A stretch of 64,000 bases of DNA from an uncultured delta proteobacterium (lineage in GTDB: Bacteria; Desulfobacterota; Binatia; UBA9968), in NCBI GenBank assembly GCA_963755715.1, contig CAVWLW010000050.1, positions 128,001 to 192,000 of the forward strand, written 5' to 3'. Position 1 is the stretch's first letter. Each line of letters starts with the position of its first letter. The notes under the pieces are model-generated. The model did no database searches and had not been told where the DNA came from. It was given only the letters and a program-made list of their open reading frames with translations. Positions 31,677-42,193 of this stretch are shown here, piece by piece. A program made the translations under genes and the position numbers.

Positions 31677-32427
31677 TTATTGTGGCTCGGGCATCTTCGC
31701 CGAGAGTTTTTTCAAAAATTCCGGCGGAAAGGGTTCGGCTTGGAACTCGCGGGCTTTTTTCACTCTGATCCACGCTTCGGAGTAACGTTCCTGATCGTAC
31801 GAGCGACATGGCCCATTCGCGCCAACTAGGGGCAAATTTGGGATCGTTGTCCAAACTCTCGGTGAACCGGGAATTGGCTAAAACAAACTGCTGAGCCCGT
31901 TCCAACTGCCGATCTGCTGGCAACCGTGCCGCGTACGCTGAATGAACCGCACCCAAATCGCAGAGCAGCGCCACCCGCTGGGTAGGATCCTCGACCAACT
32001 CACGGGCCGTTTCCAAATACTCCAGCGCCTCGGCGAGCTTGCCCTTTTCGCTCAGCACCGCGCCGAATCCCCAGAAGGCGCTATAGTTTTTCGGATTTAA
32101 CAGCCACGCCTGATTGAAGCGCAGCATCGCGAGATCAACTTGCCGCGATCGGACCGCGGCCCAACCCTGCGCCGCAAGCGTGTTGCTCCCCGCCTGCCGG
32201 TTGCCATAGCGTAGCGTCGAATCGCGGATGAATGCCTCATCGGCTTTTTTAAGATCCTCCGAGCGCGCGATATTCGGCTGACCGAACATCGGCAAGGTGT
32301 CCGTCGAACTGGTGTCGGCGCGCAGAAGCGAGGGCGCGGCGAAAACGAAAATCAGGCAGCATTCAATGATAGCAAGTTGCAAACTGCGCAGTGGGCGCGG
32401 CCAAAGAAATCGGGGTTCACCCTTCAT
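31677..32427 (-). CDS. Secreted TPR protein (frameshift near 31800)
   Basis: AMLRFNQAWLLNP, AFWGFG TPR-like helices. Confidence 0.7.
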
Positions 32428-32537
32428 TAATATTCCACCGTCGAGACAACTAATCTTCCCGTTCCGACCCGGGCTTTCTTGACACCTTAAAACTACTAGG
32501 GCTATTTTGAATACAAATCAAACCGAGGGAGAACGCA

Positions 32538-33308
32538 ATGATAGAAGGATTGAAAGAAAAAGTAGTTATTGTCACCGGCGGCGGCCACGGCATCGGCCGG
32601 GCCTACTGCCATGGCTTTGCCGAAGCCGGCGCGAAAGTCGTCGTCGCTGACATCGACGCCCCCGCCGCGGAAAAAGTTACCGGCGAAGTCATTCAGCAGT
32701 TCGACGGCAAAGCACTGGCGGCGAAAACCGACGTCGCCAACGAAACGTCGACGCAGGACATGGCCAAACTAGCGCTCGATAAATTCGGTCGCATCGACGT
32801 GCTGGTCAACAACGCAGCGATCTTCGCGACCATTCCGATGAACCGCGGCGGCATCGACACCATCGATCCGGCGGAATGGGACCGCATGATGCTGGTCAAC
32901 CTGAAAGGCTTGTTTTTCTGCTGCCGCGCCGTGCTGCCGACGATGCGTCAACAAAAGTCCGGCAAGATCATCAACATCTCTTCCGGCACCGTGCTCAACG
33001 GCAGCGCCGGACGGATTCACTACGTCACTTCGAAAGCCGGCGTGATCGGCTTCACGCGCACGCTCGCGCGCGAGGTCGGCGACGATAACATCAACGTCAA
33101 CGCCATCGCCCCAGGCTCGACGCTGTCGGAAGATAATCCGTCGGAGGAAATTTTGAAAATGCGCGGCGCCCGGGTCGGCGATCGCGCCTTGAAGCGCGTC
33201 CAACTGCCCAAGGATTTGGTTGGCACCATGCTGTTTCTCGCGTCTCCGTTGAGCGATTTCATGACCGGCCAAACTCTGGCCGTGGACGGCGGGGTGGCAT
33301 TTCTATAG
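32538..33308 (+). CDS. SDR family oxidoreductase
   Basis: TGGGHGIG, NNAA, YVTSK, VDGG. Confidence 0.93.
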   Translation: MIEGLKEKVVIVTGGGHGIGRAYCHGFAEAGAKVVVADIDAPAAEKVTGEVIQQFDGKALAAKTDVANETSTQDMAKLALDKFGRIDVLVNNAAIFATIPMNRGGIDTIDPAEWDRMMLVNLKGLFFCCRAVLPTMRQQKSGKIINISSGTVLNGSAGRIHYVTSKAGVIGFTRTLAREVGDDNINVNAIAPGSTLSEDNPSEEILKMRGARVGDRALKRVQLPKDLVGTMLFLASPLSDFMTGQTLAVDGGVAFL

Positions 33309-33322
33309 AAAGATTTGGCGCA

Positions 33323-34144
33323 ATGACCGGATACCAACATCGAACGATCGTCGCCGGCGATATCAAGACTCATTTCCTCGAAGCCGGCAGCGGCCCGGAC
33401 CTCGTGTTACTGCACGGCGGCGAGTACGGCGCTTCGGCGGAAATCACTTGGCGCGCGAATATCGAAGCCCTCGCTAAACGTTTCCATGTGATCGCTCCTG
33501 ACATCCTCGGCTGGGGCCAGACAGACAAAGTTTATAGCTTCTCAGACCCAGCAGGAATGCGCATCAAACATCTGCAACGATTTTTTGAAACCCTGGGTAT
33601 CGGTAAAGCGTATTTCGTCGGCAACTCGGCCGGCGGCGGCGTCATCCTCCGCGCCGTCGTGCGCCAGCCGGCGCCGTTTCAGGTCCAGAAAATGGTGACC
33701 ATCTGCGGCAACGCCAGCGTGTTCAAAACAACCTCCCAGGCCGACCTGGAAAACTACACGCCGTCATTGGACAACATGAAAAAGATCGTCGCCTTGCTTT
33801 ACCACGATGCCAAATGGCAAAGCGAACAAAATATCCGCGAGCGCTACGAATCCTCGATCATCCCCGGCGCCTGGGAAGCATTATCCGCCGCGCGATTGCG
33901 CAGCCCCGTGCATCAGGTGCGTTCGACCACGGAGGAATTCATCAAGCAGCTTTCACAGCTCAATATCCCGCTACTGATCATGTCCTGCGAGCATGATCCG
34001 CTCAATCAGCGTGACTGGGACGTCAACTTTCAAAAAATCGTCCCAGGCTCGAAGATTCACCGATTCATGCACTCCGCGCATGAGCCGCAGATCGAAGAGA
34101 CTGAAGAATTCAACCGGGTGCTGATAGAGTTTCTGCTTGGCTAA
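33323..34144 (+). CDS. Alpha/beta hydrolase (MhpC/BphD-like)
   Basis: LLHGG, PDILGWG, GNSAGG nucleophile elbow, HEPQIE. Confidence 0.85.
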   Translation: MTGYQHRTIVAGDIKTHFLEAGSGPDLVLLHGGEYGASAEITWRANIEALAKRFHVIAPDILGWGQTDKVYSFSDPAGMRIKHLQRFFETLGIGKAYFVGNSAGGGVILRAVVRQPAPFQVQKMVTICGNASVFKTTSQADLENYTPSLDNMKKIVALLYHDAKWQSEQNIRERYESSIIPGAWEALSAARLRSPVHQVRSTTEEFIKQLSQLNIPLLIMSCEHDPLNQRDWDVNFQKIVPGSKIHRFMHSAHEPQIEETEEFNRVLIEFLLG

Positions 34145-34165
34145 CGATCCGCTTCGGGGGAATCA

Positions 34166-35164
34166 ATGGCTCGGTTTCGCCTGAATTTAATCGCGATTCT
34201 CGCCTTCCTATTATTCCATCACTCTACTGCTCCAGCCTTTGCCCAACTGACCCGACTCAAAACCTCCTACAGCGCGCTCACCGCGAATATGGCCGCCTAT
34301 TGGCTGGCCAAAGACGCCAAGATTTTTGAAAAGCATGGATTGAGTGTCGACGTCGTGTTGATCGAAAGCGGCGTCACCACCGTCCAGGCATTAACCGCTG
34401 GCGAAACTCAGATCGCCATGGGCGGCGGCACGGTCGCCGTAAGCAGCAACCTCGCCGGCAGCGACATCGTGTCCATCGCTAGTATCGAGAGCCGGTTGCC
34501 CTACGCGCTGCTCGCGCAAAAGGAAATCAAAACCATCGATCAGCTGAAAGGCAAGCGCCTGGCGGTTTCCCGTTTCGGCAGCGCTTCGGATCTCGCCGCC
34601 CGCCTCATCTTGCAGCGTTACGGCTTGGTTCCCGACAAGGACGTTACAATCCTTCAAACCGGCGGCACGAGCACGCGCTTATCCGCACTGAGCAAACGCA
34701 GCATCGACAGCACTGTTCTCACGCCGGAATTTTTCAACATCGGCAAAAAGGCCGGCTTCACGATTCTCGCCGATCCGACGCAATACGATATTCCGTTCCC
34801 TCAACTCGAAGTGATCACCACCCGAGCCTTTCTCAAAGCCCAGCCGGACCTGGCGACCCGCTATCTGCGAGCGATCATCGAAGGCATTTACATGGTCAAG
34901 AATAATCCCGAGCCGAGCATTCGCGCGATGAGCAAATATCTGAGAATCGACGACCGCGAAGCATTGGAAGAAGTTTATCGCCTCTATCGCGAAATTTATC
35001 CACCAGTGCCGCATCCCTCGCCCGCTGCGATTCAAACCCAGCTCACCTGGATGGCGGAGAAAGATCCGCGAGCGAAAGCGGCCAAGCCAGAACAATTTAT
35101 CGACGGCTCTATTTTACGCGAGATCGAGAAAAGCGGGTTCGTCGCGAAGCTATATCAGAAATGA
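34166..35164 (+). CDS. NMT1/SsuA-family ABC substrate-binding protein
   Basis: Signal peptide; QLKGKRLAVSRFGSASD; EIEKSGFVAKLY. Confidence 0.88.
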   Translation: MARFRLNLIAILAFLLFHHSTAPAFAQLTRLKTSYSALTANMAAYWLAKDAKIFEKHGLSVDVVLIESGVTTVQALTAGETQIAMGGGTVAVSSNLAGSDIVSIASIESRLPYALLAQKEIKTIDQLKGKRLAVSRFGSASDLAARLILQRYGLVPDKDVTILQTGGTSTRLSALSKRSIDSTVLTPEFFNIGKKAGFTILADPTQYDIPFPQLEVITTRAFLKAQPDLATRYLRAIIEGIYMVKNNPEPSIRAMSKYLRIDDREALEEVYRLYREIYPPVPHPSPAAIQTQLTWMAEKDPRAKAAKPEQFIDGSILREIEKSGFVAKLYQK

Positions 35165-35199
35165 GCGAGGTGGAGTTGCTTAGGCTCCGCCTCGCTTAT
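35161..35199. terminator. Hairpin between convergent genes
   Basis: ATGAGCGAGGTGGAG...CTCCGCCTCGCTTAT. Confidence 0.45.
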
Positions 35200-35219
35200 C
35201 TATCACCCAAGACGCCGTA

Positions 35220-35820
35220 TCACTTCGCCTTCCGAAGCACTTTCACGAAACCGAACATTTGAAATTCTCCAGTGGAAGTAACAAAATGATTTTTGCGCGC
35301 ACAAATCACCAGATAGGTACCGGGCTTTGAGAACTGCACTACTTCGACGCCGTCGCGCCGAGACGCAGAAGCAACTGGAGGGTAGCCGCGCGTACTGAAG
35401 CATGGCCCCCGGTAAATTCGTCTAATAGAGTCATTAAGAACTCCACCGGCGTTAGTAGCACAACTTATTCACCGAGTGTGGCAGTTCCACTTCTATATTA
35501 GTTGTATTGATCTCCCAGGTTTGGTTCGGTCATCATATATGGCCAGGACGTGTTGACCGCTAATGATAAAATTGACCGCGTCGCCTGCCTTTATATGACA
35601 TTGTCGGGTATAAGTAGTCATTTACACCCACACCTCCAGTCAGGTCGCCAACTAGCCGATCCAGCGGCGCTGAGAGGTCAGGATCATTCGGGTCCCACTG
35701 GCCAAAGCTGACGGTTACATTCTTCCCGCGATCTTTGTCATCCGCCCTTGCCGAGGAAGCGCTCAAGGCGATTCCACAGAAAGTCAAAATCCCGATCATC
35801 GAGATTATCGAACGTTTCAT
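35220..35820 (-). pseudogene. Secreted cupredoxin (type-1 copper) gene, multiply disrupted
   Basis: Signal peptide MKRSIISM...; IKAGDAVNFIISGQHVLAIY in a second frame; C-terminal FSKPGTYLVICARKNHFVTSTGEFQMFGFVKV (Cys, His, Met ligands). Confidence 0.65.
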
Positions 35821-36016
35821 CTGTTTCTCCTCACCTTTTTCAAACCAATTTACGTTGTGTCGTCCATAACGAACTCCGTGCCGCGCGCCATTCGCCCCCT
35901 CGAAGGCCACGGAAAACCTTCGGGAGGCTACGTTCAAACAACTTGGCTCGGCTCCGAGAATCGCATTTCTCCATCGTTTAACTCCTTCCTTGCCAATGAA
36001 TGAGGGAAGCGACTAC

Positions 36017-36953
36017 CTACTGCGGACGGGTCGCCTCTCCTGTTAGAATCTGTTGCAGGGCACCCTCGATCTCCCGTGCGGTCACGAGCCCCTCGAACTT
36101 CGCTCGGATGATCCCTTTCCCATCGACCAGAAATACCCAAGGCTCGGTGTCAAGCCGCCACTCTTCCACCGTCGGAAACATTTTTTTCTCGGCAAAGTCC
36201 TGCCAAATTTCCTGATGAATAAAGGCCATCCGCTTGCCGTAGGTCGGGAGCAGCGACCGCACGATATCGACAACGGGACCGCACATGCGGCTGGTGCAGA
36301 ACTGCGGCGTGGCGAACACGATCAGTTGCGGCTTGCCCTGGGCGATAGCGTCGGCAATCCGAACTTGGTGAAGCCTAACATCCGGCTTCTGGCTGGTATC
36401 GATCTGACGTAAATTCTTGACATCGCGGGCAATGAGATTGCGGCTGCGCGGCGCGGCCGAGCCGACGGCCGGAGTCGCCGGCTTATCCAGCACCGTAACG
36501 GCGAACCGCGCTGTTTTCGGCGAATCACTTGGCTCGCCAATGAGTAGTTCAATCCCCCAATTACCGGAACGCGCAAAGTCGACTTGGGCGACGTATAAAC
36601 CTTGAACACCGGACTCGTCACCGTGCACATGGTCGGTGCCGTCTGCATGGCGATGCACGGAAGATTTCTGGTTTATTTTCTGGATAGCTTGATACGGCAC
36701 TTTTAATTCCGAAGTTGGTCGACCTTCCGCCCGCTCAAGGTCATAGGTCCGCAAAGTAACTTCTGCATTCTCGACCAGCTTGTTTTCATATAACAGCCCG
36801 AACGCAAAGCGATTCATACCGATAACCAATTCGGAAGTCGTAATCATAGGCTGAATCTCTGCACCGAGTGCCGCGCTCAGCGTTAACTGGTACAGACCGG
36901 AAAATGCTCCAGAGGCTTATAAGGAAAAAAATCGTTGCAGCGAATGGCTTCAT
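36017..36953 (-). CDS. Exported thioredoxin-fold protein with His-rich loop (frameshift near 36865)
   Basis: FATPQFCTSRMCGP, TEPWVFLVDGKGII, HRHADGTDHVH. Confidence 0.7.
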
Positions 36954-37235
36954 GCGCCTCCCGAGATTCCAAAAACAATCGCGATCCGACTTAATGAAAA
37001 AAGAAGGAGTTGGCAACGCTCCCGAAAGTTTCGAATTTGACAGACGAAACGGTAGGCCACAGTGCATGGGTCGAGCGGAAGTCGTCAACTGTAAAGTCGA
37101 TGCAACTTATCACTTTGTTGACACCCGTGTCACCAAAAAAATTACGCCCCAAGTGAGTTTAAGATTTGCGCCACGTTTGGGAATGACGAACGTGACGCCA
37201 AGTGGCTGGCAGCAACTGTCGTTTAACGGTCCGAA

Positions 37236-38670
37236 TCAGCCCAAGGCGATCTCCGGTCGTCGTCGACCGAAGCCTGTCGCCCGTTCGAAGGCATGGGCGA
37301 GTTGTAAGACTCCGCGATCATCACGATACCGGCCGACGATTTGCATTCCCACCGGCAAATCATCGGAGGTAAATCCGGCGGGGACGGAAATCGCAGGACA
37401 GAAAGTCGCGCTGATCCAATACGCAGATTTCATCCAGGAGAGATAGTTTTCCATCTTCACGCCGTCGATCTCGCGCGGCCATGTTATCGTCGCATCGAAG
37501 GGCGGCACCTGATTGACCGCGCAGAGAAGAAATTCGTACTTTTCCTGGAACACGTGCATGCGCTGCATCAGCTCACCGTGGCGAGCCATCGCGTTGGCAA
37601 CGTCAGCGCCGCTGAGTGATTTGCCCAATTCAATTTGCCAGACCGCTTCCGGCTTCATTTCGTGCCGATGGTGATCTAACAGCGGGCCGAGCGTGTGCCA
37701 GTAATTCCATGCGCGCAAGGTCAGAAAGACTTCCTCCGCGCCGCTTAGATCGGGACAAGCGTTCTCAACGATGCAGCCAAGATCGATAAATGTCTTCCGC
37801 TGCGCTTCCAACACTGAGCGAACACGCCGGTCGAGTGGCAAACCGCCCAAATCGGGGCACCAGGCAACTCGCACGTTTTTAAACTCGCGATCCAAAGGCT
37901 TGCTAAAAATACTTGGCTCCGACGGATAAGTAGCCGGGTCGCGCGGATCGGCTCCCGCCATGACACTGAGCAGAAAAGCGACGTCGGCCACTGACCGCGC
38001 CATCGGCCCTTTCACGGAAAATCCGAAAAACGGCAGCGCCGTCGGCGCGGAGGACACGAGACCGACGGTCGGCCGAAGCGCGACGATATTGTTGAAGTTG
38101 GCGGGATTTCTCAGCGAGCCGCCGAGATCGCTGCCGCTTGCAAGCGGCAGCAAGCCTGCGGCCAGCGCTGCGCCAGCGCCGCCGCTCGAACCGCCGGCGC
38201 TTTTCGTTAAATCGTACGGATTCAATGTGACGCCGTAAACGTCGTTGTAAGTGTGCGAGCCCATGCCGAACTCGGAGACATTGGTCTTGCCGATAGGAAT
38301 GACACCGCGCTTTACGCAAGCGCTCGACAACAGACGAGTCTTCGCCCGGCATAAAATCTTTAAAGATCTTCGAACCGCGCGTCATCGGAAAACCGACTGC
38401 AGGGTCTAAATCTTTGAAAGCGAATGGCAAACCGTGCAGCGGCCCCACTTCGTCGCCGCGCGCCAGACGCCGATCGGCGTCATCGGCGAGCGCGAGACAC
38501 TTGTCGTCATCGAGTTTCGCAACGATCGCGTTTATTCTTGGATTGAGTCGTTCGATCTGCCGTAGGAATGCGTCCATGACCTCGTGCGCAGAAATTCTTT
38601 TGTGACGGATCGAGTCCGCCAGGTCGCGGGCGCCCATGAAGCATATTTCGTTTTCCGTAAGAACGGTCAT
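37236..38670 (-). CDS. Amidase signature family enzyme (frameshift near 38310)
   Basis: GPLHGLPFAFKD, GKTN, GGSSGG, GSDLGGSLRNPA. Confidence 0.9.
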
Positions 38671-38764
38671 GAGTCACCCGCCGACAAAGACGAGACGCTA
38701 ATTCCGCGCAACGTTTGACGGTAGATACTTCGGTTAATTAGACTGACGATGTCCGGAACCGATG

Positions 38765-38790
38765 TGTCATTTCGACCGAAGGGAGAAATC
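38765..38790. repeat. REP-like half element
   Basis: TGTCATTTCGACCGAAGGGAGAAATC, matching a TGTCAT-type intergenic repeat arm. Confidence 0.5.
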
Positions 38791-38838
38791 CTTCTTGTTT
38801 TGCCGAACTTGTCGAACGCGATATTCCGACAGTTAACG

Positions 38839-39384
38839 CTAAATCCCCGGTTCCTTCACACCGACGGGAGGCTGGGCCATATTCTTGGAAATCACCTCGA
38901 TGTCCCACAGCCTGGAAAACTTGAGCGCGCGCGGGCAGTGACTGTAGGACTCGTCGACATCGAGCAGCAAGCCTTGCAACACTTCCGCTTTTTCATCAGG
39001 GTCGAAAACTTCAAGGCTGGTGCCGTTCAAATCCGCTCTTTCGATAACCTTGACTTTGCCGTTGATCCTGACCGTATTGTTGTGCCCTGGAATAAAAAAT
39101 ATCAGCCCGACTTGAGGATTGGATTCGATATTCCCATAGCCGTGGAAGAGCTTGTTGCCCGCGACATCGGGGATGAACAATTGCTTGTCGTTGAGGACCT
39201 TCACGAATCCCGGCATGCCGCCCTTGGGCGACGCGTCGCAATCGCCTTTGGCGTTGCTCGTCGCCATCACACAAAACGGCGAGTGCCTGATAAAATCTTG
39301 AATCCACGCTGCCATGTGCGGCCGCACTTTTCCCTTCGTTCGTTCCACTGGATAACCAAACTTATCTTGATATTTAGTGCTCAT
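38839..39384 (-). CDS. Pyridoxamine 5'-phosphate oxidase-like FMN-binding protein
   Basis: CDASPKGG, PDVAGN, NPQVGLIF, RING, HCPRAL. Confidence 0.85.
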   Translation of the reverse strand: MSTKYQDKFGYPVERTKGKVRPHMAAWIQDFIRHSPFCVMATSNAKGDCDASPKGGMPGFVKVLNDKQLFIPDVAGNKLFHGYGNIESNPQVGLIFFIPGHNNTVRINGKVKVIERADLNGTSLEVFDPDEKAEVLQGLLLDVDESYSHCPRALKFSRLWDIEVISKNMAQPPVGVKEPGI

Positions 39385-39406
39385 GGCCGTTCCTTTTAAA
39401 GTAGCT

Positions 39407-40108
39407 TCACCGTTTTCTGCTGAGCTCCGAAAGCAACTCTAGTTGGATTTCTTGGATTTGCGCAAGCCGCTCCCACTGATGGGACAAGAGATGGTCTACT
39501 TTTTCGTGCAGATGGCGGATTTCCAGCTCGGCTTTTAAGTTCACCTGGTAATCGTGTTGAGAACGCAAGCGGTCTTTGGCCTCCTGGCGATTTTGGCTCA
39601 TCATAATTACCGGAGCTTGAATCGCCGCCAAGCAGGAAAGAATCAAGTTCAGCAATATGTACGGATAGGGATCAGGCGGCCGGACATACAAAACGAATGA
39701 GTTAAATCCGATCCAGAGCACTAAAAATCCGGCAAAGCAGATGAGAAAGGTCCAACTGCCTCCGAACGTGGCGATCCTATCTGCCAAACGCTCGCCCAGA
39801 GTCCAATCTCCCTCGAACTCCGTATCGACGTTCTTTGACAACGTTTCATGGTCGCGCAAGCTGTGCACGACCTCCTGTTCCAAAGTACTCAGCTCACCCT
39901 TCTCGGACGCTAATAGGGAATGAACATACTGTGCCCGGTAGCGGTTGAGATCCGGTCGGCAAATGAACTTTTCCTGGGACCAGTCCGGGTGCTCGCGCGC
40001 GATCTCATTCGCGATCAGGTCGCGAACGGCGATCCCCGGGACTAAGTCGCGCAAGGCAAAGCTCTTGCCGCAGACAGAACAGACTTTGGATTCTTTGGCG
40101 TTGGCCAT
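39407..40108 (-). CDS. DUF1003 domain membrane protein
   Basis: ADRIATFGGSWTF, DPYPYILLNL, APVIMMSQNRQ, NLKAELEI. Confidence 0.9.
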   Translation of the reverse strand: MANAKESKVCSVCGKSFALRDLVPGIAVRDLIANEIAREHPDWSQEKFICRPDLNRYRAQYVHSLLASEKGELSTLEQEVVHSLRDHETLSKNVDTEFEGDWTLGERLADRIATFGGSWTFLICFAGFLVLWIGFNSFVLYVRPPDPYPYILLNLILSCLAAIQAPVIMMSQNRQEAKDRLRSQHDYQVNLKAELEIRHLHEKVDHLLSHQWERLAQIQEIQLELLSELSRKR

Positions 40109-40143
40109 AGGGCGGCGAGATCCAGGCAGCAATCGAACAACTG

Positions 40144-40698
40144 TTATTTCTTCTCCAGGAACGTTAACCGCTCCGCCATCGGTGTTTCGGGGAAAACGTA
40201 ACCGCAGGCGCGGCAAGTGCGAAGCTTCGGGTCAGCGTTGAATTCAGCGTAGACGGCCGATACTTGCGACGGAATATTTCCTTGATTGACCACGCGCGAC
40301 AACACCGGCTCGTCACAATTTTCGCAAAACCAAACGAACTCTTCCTGCTCTTCGTCGCGCCGTTTGCGCTCGATAACCAAACCCCAGGTATTTTCAAAGC
40401 GCCGCGGCGAATGCGGCAACCCGCCCGGACAGACGAAGATCTCCCCTTCTTTGATCTGGATGACCTGCCGGCGCTCCCCTTCCGGCTTGAGCACCAACTC
40501 CATCTCGCCTTCGACTTGGTAAAAGAATTCATCCCCGGGGTCGATATGAAAATCGAGCCGCGTGTTCGGCCCGCGCAGAATCATGACTAGAAATCTTTGT
40601 GATGAACTAGCAGTTTGTTCGTGCGAAACGGAGGATTGAACAAGCTGCGCGTTGTCTTTAACCCACTTCCTCAAATGAAATGTCGAGAGAATGTCCAT
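40144..40698 (-). CDS. nbaC: 3-hydroxyanthranilate 3,4-dioxygenase (two compensating indels at ~40590-40645)
   Basis: GPNTRLDFHIDPGDEFFYQ, HSPRR, GLVIERKR, CENC/CRAC rubredoxin site; alternate frame restores FNPPFRTNKLL. Confidence 0.85.
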   Translation of the reverse strand: MDILSTFHLRKWVKDNAQLVQSSVSHEQTASSSQRFLVMILRGPNTRLDFHIDPGDEFFYQVEGEMELVLKPEGERRQVIQIKEGEIFVCPGGLPHSPRRFENTWGLVIERKRRDEEQEEFVWFCENCDEPVLSRVVNQGNIPSQVSAVYAEFNADPKLRTCRACGYVFPETPMAERLTFLEKK

Positions 40699-40831
40699 GA
40701 CGATACCTCGATCGAGCTACCTGAATGCAACCGATCTCCTTTGCGTTCTTTGCGCGACGATTTTTTCTCTTCCGCTTCTTTCGCCCAGGCACGATAAATC
40801 GCCTGCCTTGTGCCCTTTGCGGTTGATACTC

Positions 40832-41605
40832 TTACTTCAGCTTCCCGCACTCCCGAGCCACCCCATCGGTCAGGGCCCACCAGATCGACAGGCCTTTGCG
40901 CAGGGCTTTGAGCACGCGGACCTGCAACTCGTTGGTTGTGGCGAACTGCTCCACTAGCTCATAGCCGATATTGCTATGCTCCGTATCGGCTTCGCCGTGC
41001 TCGGCGAAAAATTCGATATCGTGCGGCTTTAAACCGTAATGATCGCGGAACGCTCTGAAGAATTTGCCGCCGGTGAGCTGGTTCGAGAACTCATTGCAGC
41101 AATTCGTCGACGCGACTTGTTCCAAAATGTGGTTACTGCGCAGCGCGATGTCGAGCCAACCGATGCGAGCAAGAACCGTGGTCGGCAAGAAGTCTTCTTC
41201 CACCTCGCAGCGTTCCAACTCTGCGCCTGGGATACCGATGCTCTCGCCGAAGCGAAGAAATAGCGCGCGATGGCCTAGCACTGGGCGCGGCGAGCCTTCG
41301 AAATAGGTATAGCCGACTTCAGAATGAATGATATCGACGAATTTCTTATGGATTTCCGGATCGTGGATGCCGGATAACTGACAACGCACCAATTTGGCGG
41401 TGTTGATTGCAACGTTGTAAGCGAAGATTCCCCAGGCTTCCTTGGCCCAGATCCTAACCGCCTCCAACGGCAACTTACCGTCATAGAGATCCATGTAGAA
41501 CGGATGATGCAGGCGCGCGTGGCCGTTCTTCACTTCATTTACCAACACGTCGCAAAATTCTTTCGCTCCTAAGGTTTTTCCGTTCAATACCGCTTCAGCC
41601 GACAT
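40832..41605 (-). CDS. Heme-oxygenase-like diiron (PqqC/CADD/TenA) family protein
   Basis: HHPFY, SE-x13-H, NE, FFAEHGEADTEHS metal-ligand pattern. Confidence 0.75.
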   Translation of the reverse strand: MSAEAVLNGKTLGAKEFCDVLVNEVKNGHARLHHPFYMDLYDGKLPLEAVRIWAKEAWGIFAYNVAINTAKLVRCQLSGIHDPEIHKKFVDIIHSEVGYTYFEGSPRPVLGHRALFLRFGESIGIPGAELERCEVEEDFLPTTVLARIGWLDIALRSNHILEQVASTNCCNEFSNQLTGGKFFRAFRDHYGLKPHDIEFFAEHGEADTEHSNIGYELVEQFATTNELQVRVLKALRKGLSIWWALTDGVARECGKLK

Positions 41606-41627
41606 GCATCACCTCTGGATCATAATC

Positions 41628-42065
41628 TCACGACTTGCGTCGTTTTCGGTGGTCGAATTTAAACTTATTCGCGTTGCACGCGATCTCGACCCGATTGCCA
41701 TCAGGATCGAGAAAACTGATCGAGCGATTACCGGCCACGACTAATGTCTCCGGCCCGCTGACAACGGGAATCTTACGGCGCTTCAAAACAGGATGGAGTT
41801 TATCGATGATGTCGTTCCTATCGACGTAAATGCAGAAATGGTGCACCTTCGCCGCTCCCTTGCCAGACACGTGTCGCACACCCTTCGGCAGCGCCTGCAG
41901 CGCGATGTCGTGATGCTCTCTGCCGTAGCTCATGAAAGTCATCTTCGTGTCGAGATTGCGCGCAGAAACTCTGAGACCGAGGATCGAGCGATAAAATTGT
42001 TCCGACTTCTTGAGATCGGCGACGTTGAGCACGATGTGGCCGAGCGCACCGTTTTGGATTTTCAT
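41628..42065 (-). CDS. VOC/glyoxalase family protein
   Basis: LGHIVLNV, EHHDIAL, HHF, FLDPDGNRVE. Confidence 0.88.
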   Translation of the reverse strand: MKIQNGALGHIVLNVADLKKSEQFYRSILGLRVSARNLDTKMTFMSYGREHHDIALQALPKGVRHVSGKGAAKVHHFCIYVDRNDIIDKLHPVLKRRKIPVVSGPETLVVAGNRSISFLDPDGNRVEIACNANKFKFDHRKRRKS

Positions 42066-42193
42066 AGGAGGCACTACTAAATAACGACGCCCGATTTCTG
42101 TCAAGGCGCGACCGCCGCTTTGACTAATCGATTGACAATCTTTTCGCGAATACGACATAGTTTGGCCGGATCCAACGAAAAGGAAATAAGCTG

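Noticed and set aside
40590-40645. Novel Ser-rich segment in NbaC
   Set aside because: Alternate frame gives the expected FNPPFRTNKLL, so two compensating indels explain it
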